Origin: Octopus vulgaris
Taxonomy: Eukaryota
DNA length: 64,000 bases
Assembly: GCA_951406725.2 (NCBI GenBank)
Contig: OX597828.1
Coordinates: forward strand, 45,074,001-45,138,000
Direction of reading: 5' to 3'
The notes beneath the pieces were generated by a model. It searched no databases, was not told the DNA's origin, and was given only the letters and a program-made list of their open reading frames with translations. A program made the position numbers and the translations under genes. Shown piece after piece: positions 26,479 to 39,900 of this stretch (position 1 is the first letter of the stretch; each line of letters starts with the position of its first letter).

Positions 26479-26695
26479 GTAATATGTGACAATTATTCGG
26501 TAGCCATGATAAAACTCCGAGTTTTGGATGTTGGGGTGGAAATCCAGGCCACCATCTTTTCACCCGGAATCCAAACCTCGGAGTTTTATCATGGCTACCG
26601 AATAATTGTCACATATTACATTTACAGATAAATTCCCCTATTTACATAATATCGAGGTCTCTTTCATTCTTTTGTTGTCTTACCATTTTTATCAA
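26474..26695 (+). mobile_element. Small fold-back element in (TA)n, probably PLE-derived
   Basis: Inverted arms at 26474-26529 and 26569-26624; the right arm extends to about 26695. Confidence 0.65.
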
Positions 26696-26700
26696 TATAT

Positions 26701-26755
<55 letters not shown>

Positions 26756-26813
26756 ATTTAAATATTTGTTGTGCAAGATTTATTGGCTAAACTGGCAATA
26801 TGACCATTCCGAA

Positions 26814-26854
<41 letters not shown>

Positions 26855-27043
26855 TTATACACATATATTCTTTTACTTGTTTCAGTCCTTTGAGTGTGGC
26901 CATGCTGGACCTCTGCCTTTAGTCGTACAAATCAACCTCAGCAATTATTCTTTGTAATCCTAGTACTTATTTTATTGGTTTCTTTTGCTGAACTCCTAAG
27001 TTACGGGTATGTAAACACACCGGGGACAAACTCAGACACACAA

Positions 27044-27114
<71 letters not shown>

Positions 27115-27629
27115 TATACGCACATGCATAGAATATATGTGTATACCCTTGTCTTGTTATCATGTGATGGTTGTAGATGAAGACCAGTGTTTTACAAGTG
27201 ATGGTGTTCCTTTTCAGTCTTCCATGAAGGCTGGTTACCAAAAATTTCCCACTTGGCACCGTGCATTTGTCACATATTTGCCTCCCTCTGATCAGGAGAA
27301 GAGTGGCCCATTTGGTTCATTTCAAGTTCAAGAGTGAATCAAGGCCATGGGGGAGGGCTAGATAATACCTTGCTTGGAATCTGATGAGGGTTGTTGACTG
27401 GAAGAGCATTCAGCTTCAGAGTATCAGCCTCGGCAAATTCTCTCCATCCCATGCAAGCATGGAAAAGCAGATAATAATGATGCTGATATATATTTATATG
27501 TATGTATGTATGTATGTATATATATATATATATATATAACGGGAAGCTTTATGAAAATAGACAAAAGACGAAGGCAGGTGGGAAACAAACAAACAATTGT
27601 ATTAGTATGTATATATATATCTATATATA

Positions 27630-27665
<36 letters not shown>

Positions 27666-27669
27666 TGTA

Positions 27670-27741
<72 letters not shown>

Positions 27742-27759
27742 TGTGTGTGTATGTATGTA

Positions 27760-28160
27760 TTCTTTTCTACTCAAGGCACAAGGCCCAAAATTTTTGGTGG
27801 GGGAGCCTATCAATAAGATCCACCCCAGTATGCAACTGGTACTTAATTTATTGACCCTAAAAGAATGAAAGGCAAAGTTCACCTCAGTGGAATTTGAGCT
27901 CAGAACATGGAGACAGACGAAATACCTATTCCTTTACTATCCACGAGGGGCTAAACACAGAGGGGATGAACAAGGATAGACAAATGGATTAAGTCGATTA
28001 TATCGACCCCAGTGCATAACTTGTACTTATTTAATCGGCCCCGAATAGGATGAAAGGCAAAGTCGACCTCGGCGGAATTTGAACTCAGAACATAGTGGTA
28101 GATGGAATACCGCTAAGCATTTTGCCTGGCGTGCTAACGTTTCTGCCAGCTCACCGCCTT
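27760..28160 (-). mobile_element. Composite family-B SINE (B2 followed by headless B1)
   Basis: Two consecutive copies of the B central domain (gcctttcatcct..ggggtcgat..aagtac on the minus strand). Confidence 0.8.
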
Positions 28161-28214
28161 CATGTATGTATATATATGCTGCAAAGATTAAATGGTAACT
28201 TCTTTTTCTTTTTT

Positions 28215-28616
28215 CTTTTACTTGCTTCAGTCATTTGACTGCGGCCATGCTGGAGCACCGCTTTTAGTTGAGCAAATCGACCCCAGGACTTATTCTTTGT
28301 AAGCCCAGTACTTATTCTATTGGTCTCTTTTGCCGAACCGCTAAGTGACGGGGACGTAAACACACCAGGATCGGTTGTCAAGCAATGCTAGGAGGACAAA
28401 CACAGACATACAAACATGCACACACACACACACATATATAAATATATATATACGACAGGCTTCTTTCAGTTTCCGTCTACCAAATCCACTCACAAGGCAT
28501 TGGTCGGCCTGGGGCTATAGCAGAAGACACTTGCCCAAGATGCCACGCAGTGGGACTGAACCCGGAACCATGTGGTTGGTTAGCAAGCTACTTATCACAC
28601 AGCCACTCCTGCGCCC
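28215..28616 (-). mobile_element. Family-A SINE, full length
   Basis: Reverse-complement match to family A. Confidence 0.9.
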
Positions 28617-28923
28617 TAAGCGTTTTAATTAATTTTTCTTTAAAATAATTATCTCAACCAGGCTTCCAGAACAATCTACTCTAAACTGATTGTTTTTCTT
28701 TGTTTTTCTTCAGAAAGTGGTATTTAATTAACTTACATTTATTGGAAACACTAACTTTGGAACAATGATTCCAAATGACAAATTATATGTTGAATGATAA
28801 AAGCTAAAGATCATAATAATAAAAGTACAAAACAAAATATTCTTTTCTTGTCTCTAATAAATAACAAAATTAATTGAGAAATACCATTGCTATAAATATA
28901 ATCTTTTAACCCTGGTTGGTTTA

Positions 28924-28962
<39 letters not shown>

Positions 28963-29241
28963 ATTTAGCCCAAGGAAACACCGTCTCCAGCTGGCTATAT
29001 GACACACAATCTGTGTCATTATATTTTCGAACAGGGGAGTTTAGCAGTGCCATCTCCAGTTCAAATTCTGCCAAGGTTGACTTTGCCTTTCATCTTTTTT
29101 GGGGGGTGGGGTGGGGTGGGGGTCGATAAAATAAGTACCAGTTGAGTACTGAGGTCTGGGTAATCGACTTGCCCCTTCCCCCAAAATTTCAAGTCTTGTG
29201 CCTATAGTAGAAAGGATTATTATTATTATTATTATTATTGT

Positions 29242-29712
29242 TAAGGTGACAGGCTGGCAGAGTTGTTAACATGCCTGGGAAAATGCTTAGTGGTATTTTG
29301 CCCATTTGAAGGCGGCGAGCTGGCAGAAACGTTAGCGTGCCATGCGAAATGCTTAGCGGTATTTCGTCTGTTGCAACGTTCTGAGTTCAAATTCCGCCGA
29401 GGTCGACTTTGCATTTCATCCATTCGGGGTCGATAAATTAAGTACCAGTTATGCACTGGGGTCGATGTAATCGACTTAATACCTATGTCTGTCCTTGTTT
29501 GTCCCCTCTATGTTTAGCCCCTTGTGGGTAATAAAGAAATAGGTATTTTGCCCATTTCTATGTTCTGAGTTCAAATTCTACTGAGGCCGAATTTGGCTTT
29601 TATCCATTCAGGGTCGATGAAATAAGTACCAGTTATTCCCTGGGTTTGATGTAATCGATTTGCTCCTACCCGCAAAATTTTAAGTCTTGTGCCTATAGTA
29701 GAAAGGATTATT
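29242..29712 (+). mobile_element. Family-B1 SINE with nested B2 SINE (29308-29541), 16-bp TSD
   Basis: ggtattttgcccattt is duplicated at 29292-29307 and 29542-29557. Another B1 piece lies at about 29050-29225. Confidence 0.9.
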
Positions 29713-30465
29713 ATTGTTCTTCATCTTCTTGTTCTTCTTTTACTTCTTCTTATTATTATTACCACCAATGGACACATGTATTTAGAGAGCTCAGCTGAGA
29801 AAGTGACTTTTACCAAGATTATTTTATGTTTAAATAAATTTGATTTTGATTCTTTTTGCTCACAGAGGCAGAGAAGAAAGCTTGTCCTTAGACATTTTTA
29901 TTGGGTGCATATAGGTCTGCAACTGTCAATTTTCTATTGTTTATTCATCTTTCAATATGGCCACATCTGTTCTACGCCCGCCCATTTAAGTTATGCAAAT
30001 ACATAAATAGAATTTTTAAAAGAAGCAAAAACAGAAAATGACAAATAAAAAAAATACAGTAATAAAAACTAAGTATTTTATAGTTTGAAAGACAGAAAGG
30101 AAAAAGTAACAAAATCTCAAAACTTAAAATGTCATTAATGTAAACATTGCTTCCACCACCACCATCAACAGCAACAGCAAAAACAACAACAACAACAACA
30201 CCATGAACAACAACAACAACAACAACAACAACAAAAGAAACTCCTCCTTTGCTCATTTTGGGCCAAAAGGACATATTATACATTTCTCATTTCCAGGAGA
30301 AAGATAATGTATGTGTGGCAGTGGTATGTCACAAAAGAGAGTGCTTCTTTGCTTGAGAAACCCCCTTCAAGAAGAAAAGAAGTAAAGAATAAAGTAACGT
30401 ATATACATGTTTTGCAAAAGAACAGAAACAGTTCCCATATGCTTTCCACAGAGAAGTTCATGAGA

Positions 30466-30878
30466 ACTCTCTTTACTCTTTTACTCTCTCTTTTACTTGT
30501 TTCAGTCATTTGACTGCGGCCATGCTGGGGCACCGCCCTTAATCGAGCAACTCGACCCCGGGACTTATTCTTTTGTAAGCCCAGTACTTATTCTATCGGT
30601 CTCTTTTGCCGAACCGCTAAGTAACAGGGACATAAATACACCAGCATCGGTTGTCAAGCAATGCTAGGGGGACAAACACAGACACACAAACACACAAACG
30701 CATATATATACATACATATATTCGACAGGCTTCTTTCAGTTTCCGTCTACCAAATTCACTCACAAGGCTTTGGTCGGCCCGAGGCTATAGTAGAAGACAC
30801 TTGCCCAAGGGGCCACGCAGTGGGACTGAACCCGGAACCATGTGGTTGGTAAACAAGCTACTTACCACTCCTGCGCCT
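30466..30878 (-). mobile_element. Family-A SINE, full length
   Basis: Reverse-complement match to family A. Confidence 0.9.
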
Positions 30879-31112
30879 GTTAATGTGAAGAACACTTGTT
30901 AATGTGAAGGAAGATATATGCAGGCAGTGCAAATTTCTGTACTGAAAATTTGATTGGGAATTCTAGTTTTGTCAAATGCCTTGCACAACCAGCTGATTGG
31001 TCTAGTAAGATATCAGGTGAAACATGAAGTTCTGAAGTTCAAGTCTAACACACACATACTTATATGTGTGTGTGTGTGTCTGTCTGTGTGTGTGTGTGTG
31101 TGTGTGTGTTTT

Positions 31113-31165
<53 letters not shown>

Positions 31166-31372
31166 GTATGTATATGTGTGTGTGTGTGTGTGTGTGTAAG
31201 AGATGTTTATTGACTTGACCGGTTTCACTTTTTTAGAAAAAGATTATCAAAAGTAAAATGTAAAGCTTTGTATAAGCTTTGTTGTGTTAAAGAATGGTTA
31301 TCACAAAAGTATTAAAATACAGTTACACAGTCTGTGATAATGATAAGAAAATGATAAAAACAGTTTACATGA

Positions 31373-31413
<41 letters not shown>

Positions 31414-31417
<4 letters not shown>

Positions 31418-31826
31418 AAATATTATTAGAGACAAAACCACTATTTTGCAAAACAAACAAGGAAAGACTTAATCAATACATAAAATTTTAATAAATAGTC
31501 AAAAAAACTGCCACTACAATCGTTTCTTGTCTTGATCGACAATCTTCAGGTGGACTTCAATAAGTCAGTTTCAAATTATAATTTGAAACTGACTTATTGA
31601 AGTCCACCTGAAGATTGTCGATCAAGACAAGAAACGATTGTAGTGGCAGTTTTTTGACTATTTATTAAAATTTTATGTATTGATTAAGTCTTTCCTTGTT
31701 TGTTTTGCAAAATAGTGGTTTTGTCTCTAATAATATTTTATAATATTTTACTATAAAATTGGATTTAATCCTAAATCTGATTTTTTTCCCTGTAAATTTG
31801 GATTTATTCCCTAATATTTATTATTA
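31414..31826. mobile_element. Spacerless palindrome (arms about 165 bp) with right-arm extension, Penelope-like
   Basis: The centre lies between 31578 and 31579 (caaatta|taatttg). I see only a 1-nt difference, in a homopolymer run. (TA)n flanks both sides. Confidence 0.9.
31604..31646 (+). ncRNA. Minimal type I hammerhead ribozyme motif (mirror copy on minus strand at 31511-31553)
   Basis: ccac-CTGAAGA-ttgtc(gatcaa)gacaa-GAAA-c(gatt)g-TA-gtgg. Confidence 0.8.
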
Positions 31827-31921
31827 TATATATATATATATATATTTAAGAAATTAGAATGTATATGCAAGAGGCACATACTGGATGGATTTACCTCGTA
31901 TTTATATGTTTAATCTTGGGA

Positions 31922-32001
31922 TACCTATTGATGAAGACTTCGCCTAGCAATTTATTGTATTTGCTAAAAAGAAGTCTGAAACCATGGTCCAAGAAATAGG
32001 T
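31922..32001 (+). ncRNA. Hammerhead-like motif, imperfect
   Basis: TTGATGA-agacttc(...tagcaa..ttgcta...)gaagtct-GAAA-ccatgg-TC. C3 is replaced by T and stem I is not contiguous. Confidence 0.5.
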
Positions 32002-32153
32002 GGTAAATGTTTTTATTTTTCATTCCCTTCGAGACTTTATCCCTAATTAGTGGTTTGAACTTTAGCTGCCCCTTCTAGTGTAAGGGTGTCCTAGGATGGA
32101 TACCTCTTAATGTGTTTAAATGTACACTGTATTTTATATATATATATATATAT

Positions 32154-32358
32154 AGTTAATCCAAACAAGAAAACAAAAACAAAAATCAACACAAGGACGT
32201 GGAACAAATAAAGTATTATTGGACGCTCAGGAAAGAAGGGAAGAAGGAGGGTTTGACGTTTCGAGCGGAGCTCTTTGTCGGAAACATAGGAGAAGGAAAG
32301 ATCCCGAGAAGGGAAGACAGGGGAAAAAGAATCGCTAGTGATACAGACGAGGTCACAC
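32154..32358 (-). mobile_element. H3 short repeat carrying a variant hammerhead-like motif
   Basis: Minus strand 32251-32285 reads gttt-CCGACAA-a-gagc(tcc)gctc-GAAA-cg-TC-aaac. Confidence 0.6.
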
Positions 32359-32380
32359 ATATATATACATATGGGAACTG

Positions 32381-32425
<45 letters not shown>

Positions 32426-33364
32426 CTGTCACCATCATCATCATTGTTTAACATCTGTGTTCTATGCTAACATTGACTGGATGGCTTGATATGGAGCTGA
32501 CTAGCAGTGAGCTGTCTAGACTCCAGCTCTCTGTTGAGGCATGGTTTCTGTGACTTCAGTAATAACAGAACATAAGGGTAGAAGTAGACAGGCTTTATAG
32601 TGGATTATAACATATGCTTCTGCACTCTACATCAGCTTTAAGTTGCCAGATTCACATTCATAAAGCATTATGTAAGTGCCAAGGTCGACTTTGCTTTTCA
32701 TCTTTTTTAGGGTTGATAAAATAAATACCAGTCAGGTACTGAGGTTGATGTAATTGAGTATAATCTCCGCCAACATTTCAGGCCTTATGCTTATAGTAGG
32801 AAGGATTATGTAAGACTACTCTTATAATCACTTTGCATTTGAATATAATAGAATTTCTATGCTTGCATGGATCAGAGAAATACTTTTGAGGTAGATTTTC
32901 TACACCTAAATACCTTTACTATAGCTAAGCCTCACCAGTTTCTGAGTAAAATTATATTACCTAATGGCTAAAAATATTTTCATGGTAGATTGAAAAGGAA
33001 TTACACTGCTTATATGACAGTGAAACTTATTTACGACTATCAACAAATATTATCCAATATCATGGGAAGGAAAGACAAACAGACATATATGCTTAGACAC
33101 ACACACACACACATGCATATACACACATATGGCAGGCTTGTTTTACTTTCCATCTACTACAAGCCTTTGGATGGCTTGGGTCTAGAGTAGACAATACTTG
33201 GCCAAAGTGCTAATACATATACCATCATGCTTGTCATCATCATCATCATCATCATCATCACCATTAACATCTGTTTTCCATGCTCTCTCACACACATGCA
33301 CACATGCATGAAATTAAATAAACGATAAGGGAACAGGAAATTATGCTGTACACATCATTAGCTA

Positions 33365-33708
33365 ACAGATGTTTCTGACTGCAGCCATGCTGGAGCACTG
33401 TCTTTGGTTGAGCAAATCAATCCCAGGACTTATTCTCTGTAAGCGCTAAGTTACAGGGACATAAACACACCAACATTGGTTGTGAAGTGATGGTGGTGGG
33501 AAAAAAAACACAGACACACAAATAGATACACACACACACACACATGCACACACACATATATATATATACAACACGCTTCTTTCAGTTTCCATCTACCACA
33601 TCCACTCACAAGGTTTGGTCAGCTCAAGGCTATAGTAGAAGACACTTGCCCAAGGTTCCATACTGGGGGACTGAACCTGGAACCATGTTGCAACCTACTT
33701 ACCACACA
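33365..33708 (-). mobile_element. Family-A SINE, degenerate
   Basis: Reverse-complement match to family A. Confidence 0.8.
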
Positions 33709-33838
33709 TCCTATATATAAATATTTATATAAATATTCATACCATGCAGCCTATATATAAATATATATATATATGTGTGTGTATATGTATATATATATAT
33801 ATATGTATGTGTGTTTGTATGTATATTTATGTATGTGC

Positions 33839-33900
<62 letters not shown>

Positions 33901-34017
33901 CATGTATATATAAATACAAACACAATGAAAGTCATCAGATAGTAAAGAGACAAATCTCATTTAAAATCTGATGCTTGATGTCTATAAAATGTCTGGAAAA
34001 AAATTGAAAATGTAAGC

Positions 34018-34106
<89 letters not shown>

Positions 34107-34364
34107 TCACTATCAAACAATCATGAATTCACTCTTGAACAGATTGGATATAAATGGAAAATAGGAAAATATTATAGTTTTTTGTATTTAGATGAAGTTT
34201 TTGAGATGGAGGTCAGAAGTCATTCGAAATTCTTTGCAAAAAGAAAAATGAAGATTATTTTGAGATTTCAGTCCTCTAGACAGACTTGCTTGCAAATTGA
34301 TTTACATAAAAACTAACAAACAGAATCCCCCCCATACACACATATGTATGCTGGTATGTATGTA

Positions 34365-34431
<67 letters not shown>

Positions 34432-34450
34432 TTATCGATATGTATATATA

Positions 34451-35080
34451 TCATCATCATCATCGTTTAACATCCACTTTCCATGCTGGCATGGGTTGGG
34501 CAGTTTAATTGAGGACTAGCAAGCCAGAAGGCTGCACCAGGCTCCAATCTGATCTGGTAAAGTTTCTACAGCTAGATGCCCTTCCTAATGCCAACCATTC
34601 TGAGAGTGTAGCGGGCATTTTTTATGTGTCACCAGCATGAGGGACAGTCAGGCAGTACTGGCATCAACTAAGCTTGAATGGTGCATTTTACATGCCACTG
34701 GCATGGGTACCTGTCTGGTGGCACTGGTAGTGATCACGCTCAAATGTGGTTTTTTTACATGCCACCAGCCTAGTACTTATTCTAGTGATCTCTTTTGCCG
34801 AACCACTAAGTTACGGGGACGTAAACACATCAGCATCAGTTGCTAAGTGATGTTGGGGGGACAAACACAAACACATAAACATATACACACACATACATAT
34901 ATACATATATACACATATATACATATATACGATGGGCTTCTTTCAGTTTCCATCTACCAAATCCACTCACAAGGCTTTGGTCAGAGCAAGGCTATAGTAG
35001 AAGACATTTGTCCTAGGTGCCACACAGTGGGACTGAACCCAGAACCATGTGGTTGGTAAGCAAGCTACTTACCACACAAC
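34451..35080 (-). mobile_element. Family-C copy abutting a family-A copy
   Basis: C at 34451-34765 and A at 34768-35080. Confidence 0.8.
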
Positions 35081-35374
35081 CCACACACACACACACACAT
35101 ATATAGAAAATTTGGCATAGAATTTGGTGTCTAAAATTTGCCTCAACAAAATTCTATTTGATCAAAGGAAGCTAAACGATGTAATGATAGTGACAATGAT
35201 GATGATGATGATAATGATGAAAACAATGACAATGATAGCAATGACAATAACGACGATGATGACGATGATAACGATGATGATGATGATTTTCAGCTGATTT
35301 GAACTTGGGAGGAATATGAAATGAAGTATCTTGCTCAAGACCATAATACAATGCCTACTTTGAGAATTGAAACC

Positions 35375-35604
35375 TATTTCTTTATTACCCACAAGGGGCT
35401 AAACACAGAGGGGACAAACAAGGACAGACATAGGTATTAAGTCGATTACATCGACCCCAGTGCGTAACTGGTACTTAATTTATCGACCCCGAAAGGATGA
35501 AAGGCAAAGTCGACCTCGGTGGAATTTGAACTCACAACGTAACGCAGACAAAATACCGCTAAGCATTTCGCCCGGCGTGCTAACGTTTCTGCCAGCTCGC
35601 CACC
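35375..35604 (-). mobile_element. Family-B2 SINE inserted in a D-like SINE head, 15-bp TSD
   Basis: ttgagaattgaaacc is duplicated at 35360-35374 and 35605-35619. Confidence 0.9.
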
Positions 35605-35965
35605 TTGAGAATTGAAACCACGATGTTACGATCATGAGTCCAACACTACAACCAATAGGCCAGGGCACCTTCACAACTATAAAAATATACTACATACAAA
35701 TAAATAAATAAATAAGTAAATAAATGAATAAATAAATAAATATTCTGCAGTGAGCTGACAATAATTAAATAGGTTACTGGAGATGTTATCACTAATATGA
35801 TATTGTAATATCATTAATATCTTTAAAGCTATTTTCTATCCTCCAAGCGGACAAATGTCAGATTGTAATGATCTGTTGATTTATTCCCCTTAGCTTATGT
35901 TTGTTTGCTTGCATCTGTGCACACGTGCATGTGTGCATGTGTATGTATTTATGAATATATGTTTC

Positions 35966-35996
<31 letters not shown>

Positions 35997-36102
35997 AGCT
36001 ATACATACATACATATATATATATATGTCTGTATATATATTTATATGTATGTATGTATGCATATATGTATATAACTCACATATGTATGTAAATATACACA
36101 TG

Positions 36103-36171
<69 letters not shown>

Positions 36172-36216
36172 CCAACCCATGCTAGCATGGAGAACGGACG
36201 TTAAACGACGATGATG

Positions 36217-36247
<31 letters not shown>

Positions 36248-36327
36248 CGATGATGATGATGATATATATATCATCATCATCATCATCATCATCGTTTAGC
36301 ATCCGCTTTCCATGCTAGCATGGGTTG

Positions 36328-36364
<37 letters not shown>

Positions 36365-37265
36365 TGTGTATATTTATATATGTGTGTATATGTATGCATA
36401 TGTGACTGTGTTTATATTATGCATGTATGCCTTTGTGTTTATGTTTGTCTCTCACTGCTTGATAATTGATATTGATCTGATTTATGTCTTCATAAGTTAT
36501 CAGCTCAGCAAAAAAACAAAACAAAAAAAACACAATAGAATAGGTAACTGACTTTTGAAAAACATAAGCACTAGATTTTATTTGATTAAATCCTTCAAGA
36601 TGTTTCCTCAGCCTGATAGCATGATATCAAAGGGAGAGAACTCTTTGTGTATATTTTTTTTTTATTTCGGTCATATTCTGACCTCTTCTGCAAAGCACAA
36701 AGTACAACTTTCACTGGACTTGCCAAAAAAAAAAAAAAAGAAGATGAAGAAAGAAATTATCACTAAAGCAATGTACGATAGCTAGTATATTGGTTGGTAT
36801 CATTAGAAGAACAGAATTATTTGACAAGAAATTTGATAACAGCCTGACCTTTATAGACTTATCTCCATCATATAAACAGAAACGGGGTGGGGTGGGGTGG
36901 GGAAATTTCTATCACTAGCAAGAAGATTAAAATAAAAAAGAAGCCACAACAACTTGACACACTATTAATTGTGTTGGAGACACATATAGATAACATTATC
37001 AATTATATTTCTTGTTGAGTTAGAGGGCATTTTATTCGTAATCTATGGATTTCGTTCCTGATAGATGTCTTGCCTTTTGTATATTTGCCTGTAGTCTGCT
37101 GATAACAATGAAATGGTTATCACTACTATACGGAGTAAAACTGGGTTTATGGCCAAAGTACACACGTGCTGCACTATGTGTGTAAATAGAGAAGGTGTAA
37201 TCAGTAAGCACTAAGAAAATTATATATCTGTGTAACTATATGTATGTATATGTATTTCTCTATAT

Positions 37266-37625
37266 CTCCGCTGTGGAGATCTCATTCTTGCTCACAACAT
37301 CATAAGCGGAAAGTGTAACCTCTCGAAAGAGCTGTTCTTTACTCCTGCTCCAGAGCATCGGCTGTGGGGTCATTCTGAAAAGCTCTACCTGCGACGATTT
37401 CATCTCAATCGAAGGAGAGAAGCTTTCTCCGTCCGGGTTGCGGATCCGTGGAACAAGCTGCCAGACGAGATGGTGAAGATGCCGACGACCGCTTTGTTCA
37501 AAGTCTCCCTTGACCTCAAGTGGCCTGAACTCTTTACATGAACACCACCCTGTACTTAACTCCATGTCCCCCTACATGGCCTTGCTTTTTGCTTTTGAGC
37601 CAAATTAACTAACTAACTAACTAAC
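37266..37625 (+). mobile_element. CR1-group LINE 3' end with (AACT)n tail
   Basis: Open translation LRCGDLILAHNIISGKCNLSKELFF...GHSEKL...RREAFSVRVADPWNKLPDEMV...FKVSLD, the CR1 C-terminal pattern, then a short UTR and taactaactaac. Confidence 0.85.
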
Positions 37626-37689
37626 GTCTCTCTTTTCATATATATGTGTGTGTGTGTGTCTGTGTGTGTCTGTGTCTGTGTGTGTTTGT

Positions 37690-38520
37690 CTCTTCTATTT
37701 TTTAATTATCATAAATCTTCCACTGAGGAGGGAGCCAGTTTCCAACAAAGATACAAGGCTCCATCTTTGGGATGTAATTAAAACAAACAAATTCACACTT
37801 GGAACTTGAGAAAAGTCTCGCATATTTTTATTGTTCCACCCACTGTTCCACCCACTTACAATGTACGAGGTAGCTGGTTGATTTCTCTTTCTGAAAATCC
37901 CAGTTCATCCAGATTCTCCCTTAAGCATTTACAAAAAAAAACTTAGAGCTCCACTTATTATTGGTATGAATATGAATTCATAGTCTGGATATAGAAGCTG
38001 GAGGTTTCGAAGCAGATGTTTATAGATATCCTCTTTTTCCTTGATTTTTAAAAAGGTATTTATATCTGCAGGGCAGCTGACCTCTATGATGATACATACC
38101 TTTTCCCCTCTGTCCCAAACAACAATATCCGGCATGTTATGCTTATATTTGACAGAAGTTTTGATGGGAATATTCCACCAGTATTCCTTGAGTTGGTGTT
38201 TATGAATGTATTCCATAACAGAGGGATTTTCTAAGTTTATTTCAGGACAGTCTTTTTTGTGGATGGCATTGTAAATAGTTTAATGACAAAATCATGCCAT
38301 ATAGGTGGGTAGTACTGTGACGATATTTTAGGACAGCTGCTAATCACATACATGATGTCTTCCATGGAAACATAATCCTAACCTTACAAATGCGGTTGCA
38401 CCTTGGGATAACAAGAGCATCACTGTCTCTCTTGTTCACCAGGTACTTTGTGACAATCTCCTGTTCCTGGCTTGCAAACACATAGCCTCAAAGTGTGATA
38501 TGATGTAGTGGTCTTTTGTA
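37690..38520 (-). pseudogene. R4/Dong-like non-LTR retrotransposon 3' fragment (zinc knuckle plus restriction-like endonuclease)
   Basis: ORF 37929-38216 has HNMPDIVVWD...IIEVSCPADIN...KEKEDIY..L...IPIISGAL (PD-(D/E)xK RLE). Upstream remnants read QEQEIVTKYL and ISSCPK. The frame is disrupted. Confidence 0.85.
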
Positions 38521-38644
38521 TGCATGTATGTAATTATGTATGTATGTATGTATGTATATATGTATGTATGTATGCAAGTATGCATGTGTGTGTATGTGTG
38601 CGTGTGTGTGTGTGTGTGTAGATAGATAGTGAGATATATATATA

Positions 38645-39133
38645 TATCATCATCATTAAACATCCGTTGTCCATGCTGTCATGGGTTGGCCGGATTGGCT
38701 GGGCTGGCTAGCTGGAAGGCTGCGTCAGACTCCAGTCTGATTTGGTATGGTTTTCTATGGTTGGATGCCCTTCCTAACACCAACCACTCTGAGAGTGCAA
38801 TGGGTGCTTTTATGTGCCATTTGTGTGACACCAGGGTGTGTTCATGTGCCACCAGCATGGGTGCCAATTTGCATGACACAGGTATCTGCCATGACTGTGA
38901 TTTTGCTTGGCTTGATGGGTCCTCTTCTCATGCAAGACATGATGCCAAAGGTCTTGGTCATTGTCTCCACAAGGCCCCACATGCAAAAGAAACTCAGCAA
39001 CTTTATCTCCATGAGGCCATAGTAGAAGACACTTGCCATGGTGCTACACAGTGGGACTAAACCCGGAACCATATGGTTGGTAAGCAAGCTACTTACCACA
39101 CAGCCACTCCTGACACATGCACACACACACACT

Positions 39134-39213
<80 letters not shown>

Positions 39214-39640
39214 TTTTGTGTCTGTGTTTGTCCCCTCAACATCGCTTGGCAACCGATGCTGGTGTGTTCACAACTCCGTAACTTAGCGGTTCGGCAAAAG
39301 AGTCCGATAGAATAAGTACTAGGGATCAATTAGCACGACTAAATGTGGGGATCCAGCATGGCCACAGTCAAATGATTGAAACAAGTAAAAGAGTAATACG
39401 CACACACACACACACACATATATACACACACACACATATCTATATAAATATATATACATATAGAGAAAAAGAGAAAAGAGAATAGGTACAGCTGTATGGT
39501 AAGACGTTTCCCTCTCAACCACATGGATCCCAGTTCAGTTCCATTGGGTGGCATCTTGGGCAACTGTCTTCTACTATAGCTTTGAGCTGACCAAAGGCTT
39601 GTGAGTTGATTTGGTAGATGGAAACTGAAAGAAGCATGTC

Positions 39641-39674
<34 letters not shown>

Positions 39675-39900
39675 ATGCGTATCTTTTTGTGTCTGTATTT
39701 GTCTCCCATTCACTGTTTGACTACCAGTGTTGGTGCATTTACATCCCCGTAACTTAGTGGTTCAGCAAAAAAGATTGATAGAATAAGTACTAGGCTTTAA
39801 AAGATAAGTCCTTGGTTCAATTTGTTCAACTAAACCCTTGGAGATGGTGTTCCAGCATGGCCACAGTCAAAAGACTGAAACAAATAACGAATAAAAGACT
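38645..39900. mobile_element. Cluster of family-C and family-A fragments
   Basis: C at 38645-39010 (-); A pieces at 39015-39113 (-), 39200-39395 (+) and 39482-39900 (+). Confidence 0.75.

Noticed and set aside
30280-30400. Good-looking splice acceptor tttctcatttccag
   Set aside because: No supported exon or recognisable peptide follows.
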